Of a stretch of 64,000 nucleotides of DNA, positions 20,754 through 31,188 are shown piece after piece. How positions within the stretch are numbered: position 1 is the first letter of the stretch; each line of letters begins with the position of its first letter. Source of the stretch: an uncultured Chloroflexia bacterium (GTDB lineage: Bacteria > Chloroflexota > Dehalococcoidia > Dehalococcoidales > UBA2162); assembly GCA_963739865.1 (NCBI GenBank), contig CAVUCA010000011.1:25028-89027 (forward strand), written 5' to 3'. The notes beneath the pieces are model-generated. The model had not been told where the DNA came from. It worked only from the letters and a program-made list of their open reading frames with translations, and did no database searches. The position numbers and the translations under genes are program-made.

Positions 20754-20787
20754 GAATTAATGGTTAATTTGTTTCTAGGTGGTATTT

Positions 20788-21720
20788 ATGCCCTTTATCA
20801 GACCGGACATCATCCGTCCTCCCAGTGAAAGACTCAGCTATTTTCTACCATTGACCTCCGGTTGTTCAAATGCTACTTGCAGTTTCTGCAATTATTACGG
20901 CTCCAAACTGCGGATACGGCCGCTAAAAGAGGTCAAGGAAGAAATCGATGCGCTGGCGTTGTTTATGAAAACGGACATTAGCATCCCCGGCGTCCCCTGG
21001 ATCGTCCGGGAAATTGCCAGCCAATGGGACGGCCGGAATGTTTTTCTACAGGACGGCGACGCCCTGGTCTATCCATATAACAATCTGGTGGAAGCTCTGG
21101 AATATCTAAACCAGCGTATGCCATCTATCCAACGCATCGCTACTTATGCTACGGCTGCCGATATTCTGCGGCGTACTCCCGGAGAACTAGCCAACTTAAA
21201 AAAACTTAAACTGGGGATCGTCTATATGGGGCTGGAAAGCGGCGATGATAAGATACTCAGCCATATCGTTAAAGGCACCGATACCAGGGGTATGATCGAA
21301 GCCGCTCAACGGGCGAAGGCAGTTGGAATCCTTACTTCAATTACAGTAATCCTCGGCATTGCGGGTGTGGAAGCGAGTGAAAAGCATGCTCTGGCTACCG
21401 CCCGGGTGCTGAGTGAAATGGATCCTGACTTTGTAGGAGCTTTGACCACCACCTTCGTTGAAGGAACTCCTTTACACCGTGAACTGGCTGAAGGCCGGTT
21501 TCATCCAATCTCAGCTTTTAATTCGCTTAAGGAACTAAAAACGATCCTGGAGAACAGCCGCTTTACCAACTGTTTTTTTAGCTCGATGCATGCTTCCAAT
21601 TACTTCTCTATCCGGGGGACTCTTCCTGGCGATAAAGAGCGCATGCTGCAGGAATTGACCCGTGTACTGGAACAGGGAGATCCCTCTACCCTTCGCCCGG
21701 AATTCCTCAGGGGTTTATAA
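20788..21720 (+). CDS. radical SAM-like protein with a CX4CX2C cluster motif
   Basis: GCSNATCSFCNYYG near the N-terminus, GLESGDD and TIM-barrel-like periodicity. Start placed at ATG 20788 (the longest ORF begins at GTG 20779). Confidence 0.75.
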   Translation: MPFIRPDIIRPPSERLSYFLPLTSGCSNATCSFCNYYGSKLRIRPLKEVKEEIDALALFMKTDISIPGVPWIVREIASQWDGRNVFLQDGDALVYPYNNLVEALEYLNQRMPSIQRIATYATAADILRRTPGELANLKKLKLGIVYMGLESGDDKILSHIVKGTDTRGMIEAAQRAKAVGILTSITVILGIAGVEASEKHALATARVLSEMDPDFVGALTTTFVEGTPLHRELAEGRFHPISAFNSLKELKTILENSRFTNCFFSSMHASNYFSIRGTLPGDKERMLQELTRVLEQGDPSTLRPEFLRGL

Positions 21721-21748
21721 AATATCCGCCGGTTCAGGGAGGACTGAT

Positions 21749-22696
21749 ATGAAGAAAGTAAATGTCGGCAGCACCGGCATCACGGTAACAGAACTGTGCC
21801 ATGGTACCCTCATTCTTGGGTCTCTGCAAGCTAATTTACCGCCGGAAGAAGGGGCCAAAGCTATTCGAAAATCATTTGCCTTGGGGGTGAATTTTTATGA
21901 TACCGCCCAGGCTTATAACTCCTATACCCACCTCGCCCTCGGCTTAAAAGATATCCCTGAAGATAAGGTAGTCATCGCCAGTAAAAGCCATGCATCTTCT
22001 TATAACCAGTTACAGGCTGATATCCACGAATGCCTGCGGGAGCTTAATCGCAGCTATGTCGATATCTTTCATCTCCATCTGGTTACTGCAGAAAACCTTC
22101 CACAACGCCAGGGAGCTTTGGAATGCCTTCTTGATATGAAGAAAAAAGGGCTGGTCCGGGCGATCGGAGGTTCAACGCATACAATAGCCGGCGTTAAGGC
22201 TATCAACAACGAAAGGGCTTTCGATGTGGTTTTTCCGGTACTCAACCGTAAAGGACTGGGGATCATCGACGGTACATTAGATGAGATGTTGCTAGCCTTA
22301 GATGAATCTAAGAAACTTGGCAAGTTTGTTTATGCCATGAAGCCGGTCGGGGGTGGGCACCTTGCCGCTGAAGCTGTGGAATCATTCAATTATCTACGGC
22401 ACCTCCCGGTCTGTGATGCCGTCGCCGCCGGGATGAAAGATGAAGCTGAAGTCGAGATGAATGTTGCCATCTTTGAAGACCGGCCTATTCCATCAGATAT
22501 AAAAGAACGGGTCGGCCAGGTGAAGCGTAAATTGATCGTATACGACCGCTGTATTCAGTGCGGGATGTGCATCGATGAATGCGACCAGAAAGCCCTGACC
22601 ATGGGCGAAAAAAAAGTACAGGTCGATCAATCCAGGTGTATCCTGTGTGGTTATTGTGCTGCCGTTTGTCCCGAATATGTAATCCGGGTGATCTAG
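21749..22696 (+). CDS. aldo/keto reductase fused to a 2x[4Fe-4S] ferredoxin domain
   Basis: AKR N-terminus GSTGITVTELCHGT…FYDTAQAY. C-terminal CIQCGMCIDEC and CILCGYCAAVCP. GGGAGG lies 6 nt upstream of ATG 21749. Confidence 0.85.
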   Translation: MKKVNVGSTGITVTELCHGTLILGSLQANLPPEEGAKAIRKSFALGVNFYDTAQAYNSYTHLALGLKDIPEDKVVIASKSHASSYNQLQADIHECLRELNRSYVDIFHLHLVTAENLPQRQGALECLLDMKKKGLVRAIGGSTHTIAGVKAINNERAFDVVFPVLNRKGLGIIDGTLDEMLLALDESKKLGKFVYAMKPVGGGHLAAEAVESFNYLRHLPVCDAVAAGMKDEAEVEMNVAIFEDRPIPSDIKERVGQVKRKLIVYDRCIQCGMCIDECDQKALTMGEKKVQVDQSRCILCGYCAAVCPEYVIRVI

Positions 22697-22733
22697 ATAC
22701 TAATACTAAGAGTAACTGGTATTTTTCTCAATA

Positions 22734-23984
22734 TCAGGTATCGGAGGTCATTTTAGGCACTTTCAAGAACATGATCCCGGTAAATGCCACCAGGCTCAGG
22801 ACACTGGCGATAACAAAAGCAAGAGAATAACTATCCGTCGCATCGAATATTGCTCCGGCCATCAATGGCCCCAATCCACCCCCCACCGTCGCCCCGAAAG
22901 TGGCTATTCCGAATATGACCCCGTGAGAACGCAGGCCGAAAAGTTGCGCCGTCAGTGGTGACATACTGGAAATAGAGGCGCCAAAACCCAACCCGAAAAC
23001 CGCGGCCATCGTATAAAAAAGGCCGACTGACCGGGTCAAAGCAATACCCAGCATTGATACAGCCAGGACCAGGATACCGAGGGCCATGACATACTTACCA
23101 CCGATCCGGTCGACCACCGCACCGAAAAATACCCGGGCAGCGATACCTACTCCCGCAAAAGTGGTAACGATCCCCGCTGCCGCAGCCGCACTCATCCCCA
23201 GATCGATCCCGTGATTAATGGCATGAACTACCATTACACCCAATCCGAACTGGAACAGGATAATTGAGATAAAAAAGAGCCACCATCGTCCGGTATGTAT
23301 CACTGCTTTAATTGAGAGCCCGGTCCGGACTTTCTCTTTATTCCCCGTGCCGGATATTGCGCCATATGGGACCAGCCCCATTTGTGCCGGATCCTTACGC
23401 AGGAATAGTGATAACAGTATTACTCCAATCAGTATCCCCACACCAAATATCCGGTAAGCTGCCGGCCAATCGTACTCTGCAATCAACCAGGTGCCTATCT
23501 GCGGAAAAATTGCCTGGCCGAGGCCCCCACCAGCCAGCACTAGGCCGGTCATCAAGCCACGCCGTTTCTCGAACCAATGAGTGATCGTGGATAACAACGG
23601 TACGAAACCGCCGCTGATGCCCACGGCGATCAGGAAATTATATAAGTACAACTGCCAGATACTGGAAATACCCGACATCAGGAAAAAGCCCAGGCCGAAA
23701 AACAGGCCGCTGGCAATCATCATCGGTTTTGGGCCAAAACGGTCGCTTATTTTACCGGTCACGATATAAAGAGCACCGTGAGCTATACTGTAGAAAGTGA
23801 AGGCACCTGAGGTCGCGGCACTGGTCCAACCAAACTCACTGGAAACCGGTTTGAAAAATACGCCGAAGGTGAAATGTACCCCAGCCATGATCATGTCAAT
23901 CAATAAAGCCGCAGCAACGATTACATACCCGTAAAAAAAGCGGGGTGTCTTCACTCCACCTGCCTTCGTATTATCTTCAGGCAC
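22734..23984 (-). CDS. MFS transporter (oxalate/formate antiporter-like)
   Basis: 416 aa, 12 predicted TM helices, DRFGPK motif. Paralogous to 34539..35792. Confidence 0.85.
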   Translation of the reverse strand: MPEDNTKAGGVKTPRFFYGYVIVAAALLIDMIMAGVHFTFGVFFKPVSSEFGWTSAATSGAFTFYSIAHGALYIVTGKISDRFGPKPMMIASGLFFGLGFFLMSGISSIWQLYLYNFLIAVGISGGFVPLLSTITHWFEKRRGLMTGLVLAGGGLGQAIFPQIGTWLIAEYDWPAAYRIFGVGILIGVILLSLFLRKDPAQMGLVPYGAISGTGNKEKVRTGLSIKAVIHTGRWWLFFISIILFQFGLGVMVVHAINHGIDLGMSAAAAAGIVTTFAGVGIAARVFFGAVVDRIGGKYVMALGILVLAVSMLGIALTRSVGLFYTMAAVFGLGFGASISSMSPLTAQLFGLRSHGVIFGIATFGATVGGGLGPLMAGAIFDATDSYSLAFVIASVLSLVAFTGIMFLKVPKMTSDT

Positions 23985-24133
23985 ACGATATCCCTTTCCA
24001 GTAATATGTTGATACTATCAGGGGCTGGAGATGAATTCAAATATAAAGGTTCACTAAAATCATGGTTTTGTCATTTCAGTCTCGCTTGGCTATAATAATC
24101 CAGTCTGTGTATTTCATCTGAAAGGAAACTGGT

Positions 24134-25208
24134 ATGGGTTTACGTTGTGGACTGATCGGTATCCCCTCCTCCGGCAAGACCGTTATTTTTAATGCTGTCA
24201 CCTCCGCCCGGGCGCCCCTATACGGCAGTTCCGAGGCTAATCGTGTCATCGTTAATCTTGCCTGATGAACGAATGGACCAACTGGTCGCCATGTACCACC
24301 CACGTAAAATTGTACCGGCGACACTGGAAGTGATGGATACTGCCGGCATCAAACCTGCTGATACCGGCCGCCGTTCACGCCTCATCAGCAATATCAAAGA
24401 TATGGAAGCCCTGCTGCATGTAGTACGTTGTTTCGAAGACGACCAGGTACCGTACGAATACCCTACCATCAACCCGGTTCGGGATGTCGAGACCGTCGAC
24501 CTCGAGATGATGGCCTCGGATGTGGCTACGCTGCAGAATAAACTGGAACGGCTGGCAAAAAAAGCCAAGACCGGTGATAAAGAAGTCATCCGGGAAAGTA
24601 CCAACTGCCAGAAAGTATTAGACGGGATTCAGAATGGAGTTCCTGCCCGCCGCCAGGTCCTTTCCACCCAGGAAATCACCAGTATTAAAGAGTGCAATCT
24701 GGTCTCCATGAAACCAGTATTGTATCTCGCCAACATCAAGTCGATGGCTGATGCCAATAATAAACACGTTCAGGCACTAAAAGAACTGGCTGCCAAAGAA
24801 AATACCGAAGTTATCGTAGTCTGCGGTAAAGACGAAGCCGATATCTGCGAACTGGAACTCGAAGACCGTAAAGTTTTCCTCAAGGAACTTGGATTGGAGC
24901 AGTCAGCCATGGAACGCCTCTTGCACGCAGCATACAGTAAACTCGGCCTGATCAGCTTTTTCACCGTTGGCGAAGACGAAGTCCGGGCCTGGACCTGCCG
25001 CCGTGGTGACAAAGCTCCTACCGCAGCCGGAAAAATACATTCGGATATGGAAACCGGGTTTATCCGCATGGAAGTCATGAGTTACGCCGACCTGATGCAG
25101 TACGGCAGTGAAGCTGCTGTCGCCAAAGCCGGACGGCACCGCCTGGAAGGCAAAGAATACGAGGTCCAGGACGGTGATATAGTAACGGTACGTTTTAACG
25201 CCAAGTAA
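24134..25208 (+). pseudogene. ychF: redox-regulated ATPase YchF, frameshifted after codon 43 (pseudogene or assembly indel)
   Basis: ATG 24134 gives MGLRCGLIGIPSSGKT (P-loop) and hits TGA at 24263-24265. The +1 frame continues LPDERMDQL… through the YchF C-terminal domain (EYEVQDGDIVTVRFN). Confidence 0.85.
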
Positions 25209-25221
25209 TATTCTTGTTATG

Positions 25222-25659
25222 TCAACTTCGTTTTAAGGTTCTCAGTGAGTCCTGCCAGTTGGCGATATGACGTTCTTCATCAGCAATGATCCTCCTGATC
25301 AATGACCTGGTACGGTCGTCCAGGATCAAGGTTCTTAGAAAATAGCTGTAGTCTTTTACTGCCCGCTCCTCGATGACTACTCCGGCTCGCAAGGCAAATT
25401 TATTGCCGCCGCACCGGCTGATACAGCCGACGATACTACCAGCCAAGCGGAATAAAAAAGCCAAAGCAAAAGGCCTTTTCTTCAAGTGAATCAGGCGGGC
25501 TTTTAAACTATTGGCGTGCTCCTGTTCATTTTCTACCGCATAGGTCATTTTCTCTAGGATTTCCTTGGTATGAAAACCGCCTTTCTGTGCTTGATACACG
25601 GACGTAGCGAATCTTTCCATACTATACATGAACTGCAGCGACCAGGTTGATTTGCTCAT
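25222..25659 (-). CDS. ferritin-like di-iron protein (COQ7/demethoxyubiquinone hydroxylase-like)
   Basis: Two ExxH motifs (ENEQEHANS, ADEERHIAN) in a 145-aa helical protein. Confidence 0.55.
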   Translation of the reverse strand: MSKSTWSLQFMYSMERFATSVYQAQKGGFHTKEILEKMTYAVENEQEHANSLKARLIHLKKRPFALAFLFRLAGSIVGCISRCGGNKFALRAGVVIEERAVKDYSYFLRTLILDDRTRSLIRRIIADEERHIANWQDSLRTLKRS

Positions 25660-25804
25660 CGATAACCCCTTAACACGGTCATTTGTTATGTAAATAAGTT
25701 GGATTTGCTAAACATAGATTATAATCATTTCAGACTGTGGTTGATGCAAACGTGTTTTTATACCTGCTTCAGGGTAATTAAAACAGTTGCCAGGTGAATA
25801 CCGA

Positions 25805-26194
25805 ATGAAATGGCTGACACATATTATCGACTGGATCGCTTTTCCTTATGGAATCATGTTGCTGCTGAAGGACCATGACATCCCGGGGAAAACTAAAATA
25901 AAGGCCGGTTCTATTTTAGTTGTACTATTTCTCTATATCCTGAACCCGGCCGACCTGATCCCGGATGTTACACCGATCATTGGTTTACTGGAAGACCTTT
26001 TATTGATTCCAGGAGCCATGTTCGCAACCCGTAAAATGATACCCGAGATCAATGTGCCCGAACTGGTAAAAAAAGCCCGCAGCGATACCAAGCGTTTCGT
26101 ACTGTTATTCTTGTTATGTGTCAGTGTGATAGTGCTGATCAGTATTTCTTCTCTTGTACTGTTGATTTATCTCGCTGTCAGGTATTGGAACTAA
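25805..26194 (+). CDS. DUF1232 (YkvA-like) membrane protein
   Basis: DLIPDVTPIIGLLEDLLLIP signature. Start placed at ATG 25805. Confidence 0.75.
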   Translation: MKWLTHIIDWIAFPYGIMLLLKDHDIPGKTKIKAGSILVVLFLYILNPADLIPDVTPIIGLLEDLLLIPGAMFATRKMIPEINVPELVKKARSDTKRFVLLFLLCVSVIVLISISSLVLLIYLAVRYWN

Positions 26195-26231
26195 TGCGGG
26201 TCAACGTATTGGCCAGTACTGACTTTGGTGA

Positions 26232-28691
26232 TTACTGCCAGGCCGGTAGTTGCTCACCATCTTTACTTTGCCAATATGGTAACCAGGTCAACACCAGCAA
26301 TTGTACCGTAATGTCTGTTTTGGACGGTCGTATCAGAATTTTATCGAGTTGCTCGGTCAAAGGATCGATCTTTTCCGCTAATGCCGCTGTGTCATTACTG
26401 AAGTCGGTTTCCAACTGCCGGAGTCGTTGTTGGGCAGCGGTGACGGTATCTTGAGCCCGTTCTATATCTCTAGCCTCTTTAACAGAACGGTTAGCCCGGG
26501 ACACCGATGACCTGGCTTTACTGCTGACCCGCCGTCCCAGGAAGCCGCTGAGGATCGTGGACCCGAATGATAAAGCAGTGTCCATCTGGTACTGCCGTGC
26601 CTGGTCTTTTTCACGCTCAACTGCCGCTTGGGTACGCCTTACCTGTTCCTGCAACACGGCAAACTTGGGGGCATACTTTTGCCGTAGTTTTTCCGTGGTT
26701 TCATCTCGTTTTTCCCGGGCGATCTGCAGCAATCTGACCCTGAAATCGCGTTCCGATTCATTGACCCGGGAATATTCCTTCAGACTGGGGCTGTGCCATA
26801 ATTCTACCTGCTGGGTACGGTACAGCCAGGTAACAAATTCCCTGGTCCATGCATTATAACTTTCAGCCTTCATGGCAATAGCTGGTAAATTCCCAAACAC
26901 AACCGTTTCCTTAGGCGATTGCTCCAGGTTCTTTGTTTTCAGGAATATCTCCACCGCATTACCCCAATCCAATGGTACCGGACCCTCTTCTATTGATACT
27001 CTAAAAGTAACATACTTTATAAGGTTAACCCCGGTTTTTGTATCTGTAAAATGGATCTCACCGGCACCGAGAATACCCGGTTGATAAAACAGGATATGGT
27101 CCGTTGGTGGCGCAACTATTACCGGACCAAAATACTCGGAAACCTGTGGTGGTAAGACCGGTCGTCTTCCCAAGGTTATATCTACCTTTCTTTCGGTTTG
27201 CCTTTGCTCCGCTGGAGCCGTGATTGATGCATTAGCTGACGACGAAGAAGTAGTTTGTTGAATACCAATAATCTGTTTCTTGACCGGGTCCATGAGTTTT
27301 TTTATCTGGCTCCGGGTAAGCGGGCCACGGAGATAAGACATTGCCCATCTGGTTTCAAAAACCTGGGGGGCATCATCATGCACATTATTCATCAAAAATA
27401 TACGGTTGCCCAGTCCCGCTATAGTCTGTTCCATCGCCTGACGGTCCCAATTTACTCCTGCTGTAGCTGCTACCCCCTCCAACCCCTCCATGACCCGTGC
27501 TTTATCCCTTTCAGTCTGCAGCCGGCCGATGAACCAGGTCCCGGCGTTGGAAAGGCCCTTATAGTCCAGGTCTACCGGATTTTGCGTTGCCAACACGATT
27601 CCTACTCCAAAAGCTCTGGCCTGTTTTAGGAGTGTTAGTAACGGTGTCTTGGAAGGCGGATTAGCTACCGGGGGAAAGAAACCGAATATCTCGTCCATAT
27701 AAACGATCGATCTCAGGCTGGTGGTGCCGGACTGGGTGCGCATCCAACCTAAAATCTGGTTTAGCAGCAGGGAAACAAAAAACATACGCTCGGCATCGTT
27801 CAAATGGGCAATGGAGAAAATAGCGATACGCGGCTTACCTTCTTTGGTATAGAGGATCTGGTTGATATCCAGCGCTTCTCCTTCCAGCCAGGTACTGAAT
27901 CCCGGAGCAGCGATCAGGTTATTAAATGCCAGGGCCAGTTCAAATCGTTCTTTCGCCGGATAGAATGAATCTAAATCCATCACCCCGATCTTTTTCACCG
28001 GTGGATTTTGTACTTGTTGGATCAGGATATCGAGACTAATATCCTGCCCTTTGCTCCAGGCCTGGCCGAGTAATGTCGAGACTAAAATATGTTCCCTGCT
28101 CTTTATGGGATCGGCATCGATACCGATGATTCCCAGCAGTGAAGTGGCAGTGGCATTTATCCGCTCACGGAATAGTTCTTCATCCTCCAATATCGCCTCC
28201 GCTGGCGCAGCAAATGATTTTAAGATCGAGACCGGGATGCCGGAGGTGCTGCCTGGAGTAAATATCGTAAATTCGGCAGTCTGTTTTAGACGGCGTATCC
28301 GTTCACCGCTCTGCCCCCAACCGGCCAACCCGTTCTTCCATGTCTCCGCCTGTTTCGCTGCATATTCTTCATTTGAGAGGCCTTTTTTTAGGGCATCTTC
28401 AGTATTGATCCAGGGCAGGAAGTCTTCCGGTTTCAAATCCGGGAAAGTCAACATCAGGTTCGTCAGGTCGCCTTTGGGGTCGATCGCGATGGCTGGAATA
28501 CCATCAATGGCCGCTTCTTCCAGGAGGGAGATACACAACCCGGTCTTACCACTGCCGGTCATACCTACGCATACCGCATGGGTAACCAGGTCTTTTGAGT
28601 CGTACAGCAGTAACCCTCCGGGCGATTTTTTCTCCGCCAGTTGGTATGGCCTACCCAGGTAAAAAACACCTAGTTTTTCGAAATCGTCCAT
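26232..28691 (-). CDS. HerA/FtsK-like (DUF87-type) P-loop ATPase with long coiled-coil C-terminal region
   Basis: Walker A CVGMTGSGKTG, Walker B IVYMDEIFGF, VLATQNP motif. The C-terminal ~340 aa include Ser-rich linkers and heptad-like segments. Confidence 0.75.
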   Translation of the reverse strand: MDDFEKLGVFYLGRPYQLAEKKSPGGLLLYDSKDLVTHAVCVGMTGSGKTGLCISLLEEAAIDGIPAIAIDPKGDLTNLMLTFPDLKPEDFLPWINTEDALKKGLSNEEYAAKQAETWKNGLAGWGQSGERIRRLKQTAEFTIFTPGSTSGIPVSILKSFAAPAEAILEDEELFRERINATATSLLGIIGIDADPIKSREHILVSTLLGQAWSKGQDISLDILIQQVQNPPVKKIGVMDLDSFYPAKERFELALAFNNLIAAPGFSTWLEGEALDINQILYTKEGKPRIAIFSIAHLNDAERMFFVSLLLNQILGWMRTQSGTTSLRSIVYMDEIFGFFPPVANPPSKTPLLTLLKQARAFGVGIVLATQNPVDLDYKGLSNAGTWFIGRLQTERDKARVMEGLEGVAATAGVNWDRQAMEQTIAGLGNRIFLMNNVHDDAPQVFETRWAMSYLRGPLTRSQIKKLMDPVKKQIIGIQQTTSSSSANASITAPAEQRQTERKVDITLGRRPVLPPQVSEYFGPVIVAPPTDHILFYQPGILGAGEIHFTDTKTGVNLIKYVTFRVSIEEGPVPLDWGNAVEIFLKTKNLEQSPKETVVFGNLPAIAMKAESYNAWTREFVTWLYRTQQVELWHSPSLKEYSRVNESERDFRVRLLQIAREKRDETTEKLRQKYAPKFAVLQEQVRRTQAAVEREKDQARQYQMDTALSFGSTILSGFLGRRVSSKARSSVSRANRSVKEARDIERAQDTVTAAQQRLRQLETDFSNDTAALAEKIDPLTEQLDKILIRPSKTDITVQLLVLTWLPYWQSKDGEQLPAWQ

Positions 28692-28752
28692 CTTGCCTAC
28701 TTCCTGTATGTAACTTTTAGAAATATATTAACATATCTTATGATGTGTTATT

Positions 28753-30789
28753 TTACTGAATAAACCGCCGGAAATATGTGATACACACATCCCGCCATAG
28801 CCGGGCATTATCTTCCTGCATCTCCAGCCTCTTCGCAACATGTGCATGCCGCTGCGGGTCTATCTTTCCCCTTACTGACTCCCAATCATCCCGCATCCGG
28901 GTGACATATTTGACCCCATTCTCATATAAATACTCTATCTCATCCATCAGGGTTCTCCCGGACTTCATTCGGTGGTACCACGGCACATGATGGAACCACA
29001 GCAGGTATTTTTCGGGACAGGTTGTCAGATCGTCATATCCTTCCCGTAGTGGACTGAAATATTGACTGACGGCGTTGCTGCCGCTATAACTGCGGTCAAA
29101 CCCCAAACCGTTTTTATCCGTTCGGTGGTAATATACCGAATTCCAGTCTGCTCGCCTGGCTGAGCTAAAAGCCGGGTTCGGTCCGTAATGATGGCCTTCC
29201 TGCATGATATGATGCAGGCCCAGTGGCGTCATATAATTGACACAAGCCTCCCAAGAACCCAACATCATCTTTGTGATTTTCTCTACCACTTCCGGTTCGT
29301 TGGACCATGTCATCCGTATCCATTCGTCACTAACGGCTTCACTGCTCAACCGGTGGTCCCAGGCTAGCCGTCCGTAGGCATACCAGTTGGCCTGGGCAAA
29401 ATGATGCCCGCACCAGTTGCGGTTGGAACCGGTATTGGCTACTCCGACAATCACTGATTCCGGATTGCTGTAAAGTGAACCATCGATTATCCCGGCTACT
29501 GTTGATCTTTGCCCACAGGCGTAGGTATCCGTCTCCAATACCTCTTTCCACATCGGCGCCAGGTAAACCAGGTGGATTGCCTGTCCCAGGTATTCCTGGG
29601 TGATCTGAAGTTCCAACGCCAGCGGAGTTTTGGGCATGGCACCGAAAAGGGGATGAAAAGGCTCCCTCGGTTGAAAATCTACGGGACCGTTCTTAACCTG
29701 GATAAAGGCTCCGGGGGCGAATTTGCCGTCCAGCGGGACAAATTCCTTGTAGGCACATTTAGCCCGGTCCCGGTCGATCGTCGAATCGTATACAAAAGCC
29801 CGCCAGAGTACGATTCCCCGGTGTGGGCGCAGGGCATCCGCCAGCATGTTAGCTCCATCGTAATGCTCTGCTCCGTAGTCTTGCGGGCCGGGCTGCCCTT
29901 CCGAACTGGCCTTGACCTGAAATCCGCCGAAATCCGGAATCAAGTTGTATATCTCATCGGCTTTCTGCCGCCACCAACGGGCTACCACTGAATCCCGCGG
30001 GTCACTGGTAGTCAGTCCCCCCAATTGAATAGGGGAATTGAAGGCGGCGGATAGATAGACCCGGATGCCGTAAGGCCGCAGCACACCAGCGATTGCCGCT
30101 GTTTTTTCTAAATATCCGGTGCTCAGGCTCTCTGCCTGGCTGTTGACATTGTTCAGGATAACACCGTTGATACCGATGGAAGCACAAGCCCGGGCATAAT
30201 CCCGGTACCGTTTACCAGTCTTCCTCGGCGACGGGTCCCATTGCCACAACGACCTCCCGGCATATCCCCGCTCGATCGAGCCGTCGAGATTGTCCCAGTG
30301 AGCTAACAGGCGGCGGCGGATCCGGGAACGGCTGAGGATATCGATTTGCCTGATGTCGCTTTCTGTCTGGAGCAGCCTCAAAAAATGGAACACCCCCCAT
30401 ACCAAAGCGGATTCCGAGTTGGCCGTGATTTCCGTCCATTTGGTTCTACCGTGCTGAATTCGGCGGATCAGGAAACCCTCCTCACCCAACTTTAAGTTGT
30501 CTTCCGGCGGCACCTCGAAATTGATCTTCTTCAAATTCTCGACCGTGCCGATGACGACGGCGTTGCCGGCAGGTTTCGTCCGCCTGATTGGTACTTTTTT
30601 ATCCAGTATGGCTGGTAAGGCCAGGTGCAATTCATACTTGATGATGCGGTAAACCGCCCCGGTCTCGAGGATGGTGACAGTTTTAACCATCCGCCGGTAC
30701 TGCGACAACCTGGTATTATCGTCGATCTTAAGATACCGCAGCCATACCCGGTGTCCGTTTTCATTCGGCGGTAAGATATTTTTTTTCAC
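28753..30789 (-). CDS. aguA: GH67 alpha-glucuronidase
   Basis: 678 aa. Length and conserved blocks (VLNNVN, GGFQVKA, EYLGQ) fit GH67 as I recall it. Confidence 0.8.
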   Translation of the reverse strand: MKKNILPPNENGHRVWLRYLKIDDNTRLSQYRRMVKTVTILETGAVYRIIKYELHLALPAILDKKVPIRRTKPAGNAVVIGTVENLKKINFEVPPEDNLKLGEEGFLIRRIQHGRTKWTEITANSESALVWGVFHFLRLLQTESDIRQIDILSRSRIRRRLLAHWDNLDGSIERGYAGRSLWQWDPSPRKTGKRYRDYARACASIGINGVILNNVNSQAESLSTGYLEKTAAIAGVLRPYGIRVYLSAAFNSPIQLGGLTTSDPRDSVVARWWRQKADEIYNLIPDFGGFQVKASSEGQPGPQDYGAEHYDGANMLADALRPHRGIVLWRAFVYDSTIDRDRAKCAYKEFVPLDGKFAPGAFIQVKNGPVDFQPREPFHPLFGAMPKTPLALELQITQEYLGQAIHLVYLAPMWKEVLETDTYACGQRSTVAGIIDGSLYSNPESVIVGVANTGSNRNWCGHHFAQANWYAYGRLAWDHRLSSEAVSDEWIRMTWSNEPEVVEKITKMMLGSWEACVNYMTPLGLHHIMQEGHHYGPNPAFSSARRADWNSVYYHRTDKNGLGFDRSYSGSNAVSQYFSPLREGYDDLTTCPEKYLLWFHHVPWYHRMKSGRTLMDEIEYLYENGVKYVTRMRDDWESVRGKIDPQRHAHVAKRLEMQEDNARLWRDVCITYFRRFIQ

Positions 30790-30925
30790 GGTTACATCAA
30801 GTATAGAATTTCACAATTTTATCTACAACTATCAATAAATTCAGTGATTTCTGAAGAAAAAGAGGGTAAATGTATGATGAATAACCCAAATAGACTACAG
30901 ACCCCAGTTTTATCAGGACTGTGAT

Positions 30926-31174
30926 CTAACCGGCTACCGAACAATATCGAATTGCTTGACCATATAGTGAGGATTCTTCCAGCTTTTAATCTCTTCGTAT
31001 TGCTTCACTACAGGTATCGAAAGTCTCTGTGTAAACAATCTTCTCTGGTCGGTAATTTCTGGTAGCCTTCACTTCACCACTATTATGCTCGGTCAGCCGA
31101 TTTTCTAAATCTTCGGTTGAGCCTACATCATATCGACCCGTTTTTAAACTATTTAGCACTTACCCGTAAAACAT
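30926..31174 (-). pseudogene. GIY-YIG (UPF0213-like) nuclease remnant with two in-frame TAA codons
   Basis: MFYG*VLNSLKTGRYDVGSTEDLENRLTEHNSGEVKATRNYRPEKIVYTETFDTCSEAIRRD*KLE…. Stops at 31160-31162 and 30986-30988. Confidence 0.8.
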
Positions 31175-31188
31175 TGTGGTAAGGTAAA

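Noticed and set aside
24076-24324. 82-aa minus-strand ORF overlapping the ychF 5' end
   Set aside because: The plus strand encodes the recognisable YchF P-loop, and the minus ORF has no signals.
28051-28662. 203-aa plus-strand ORF
   Set aside because: It is antisense to the HerA-like ATPase gene.
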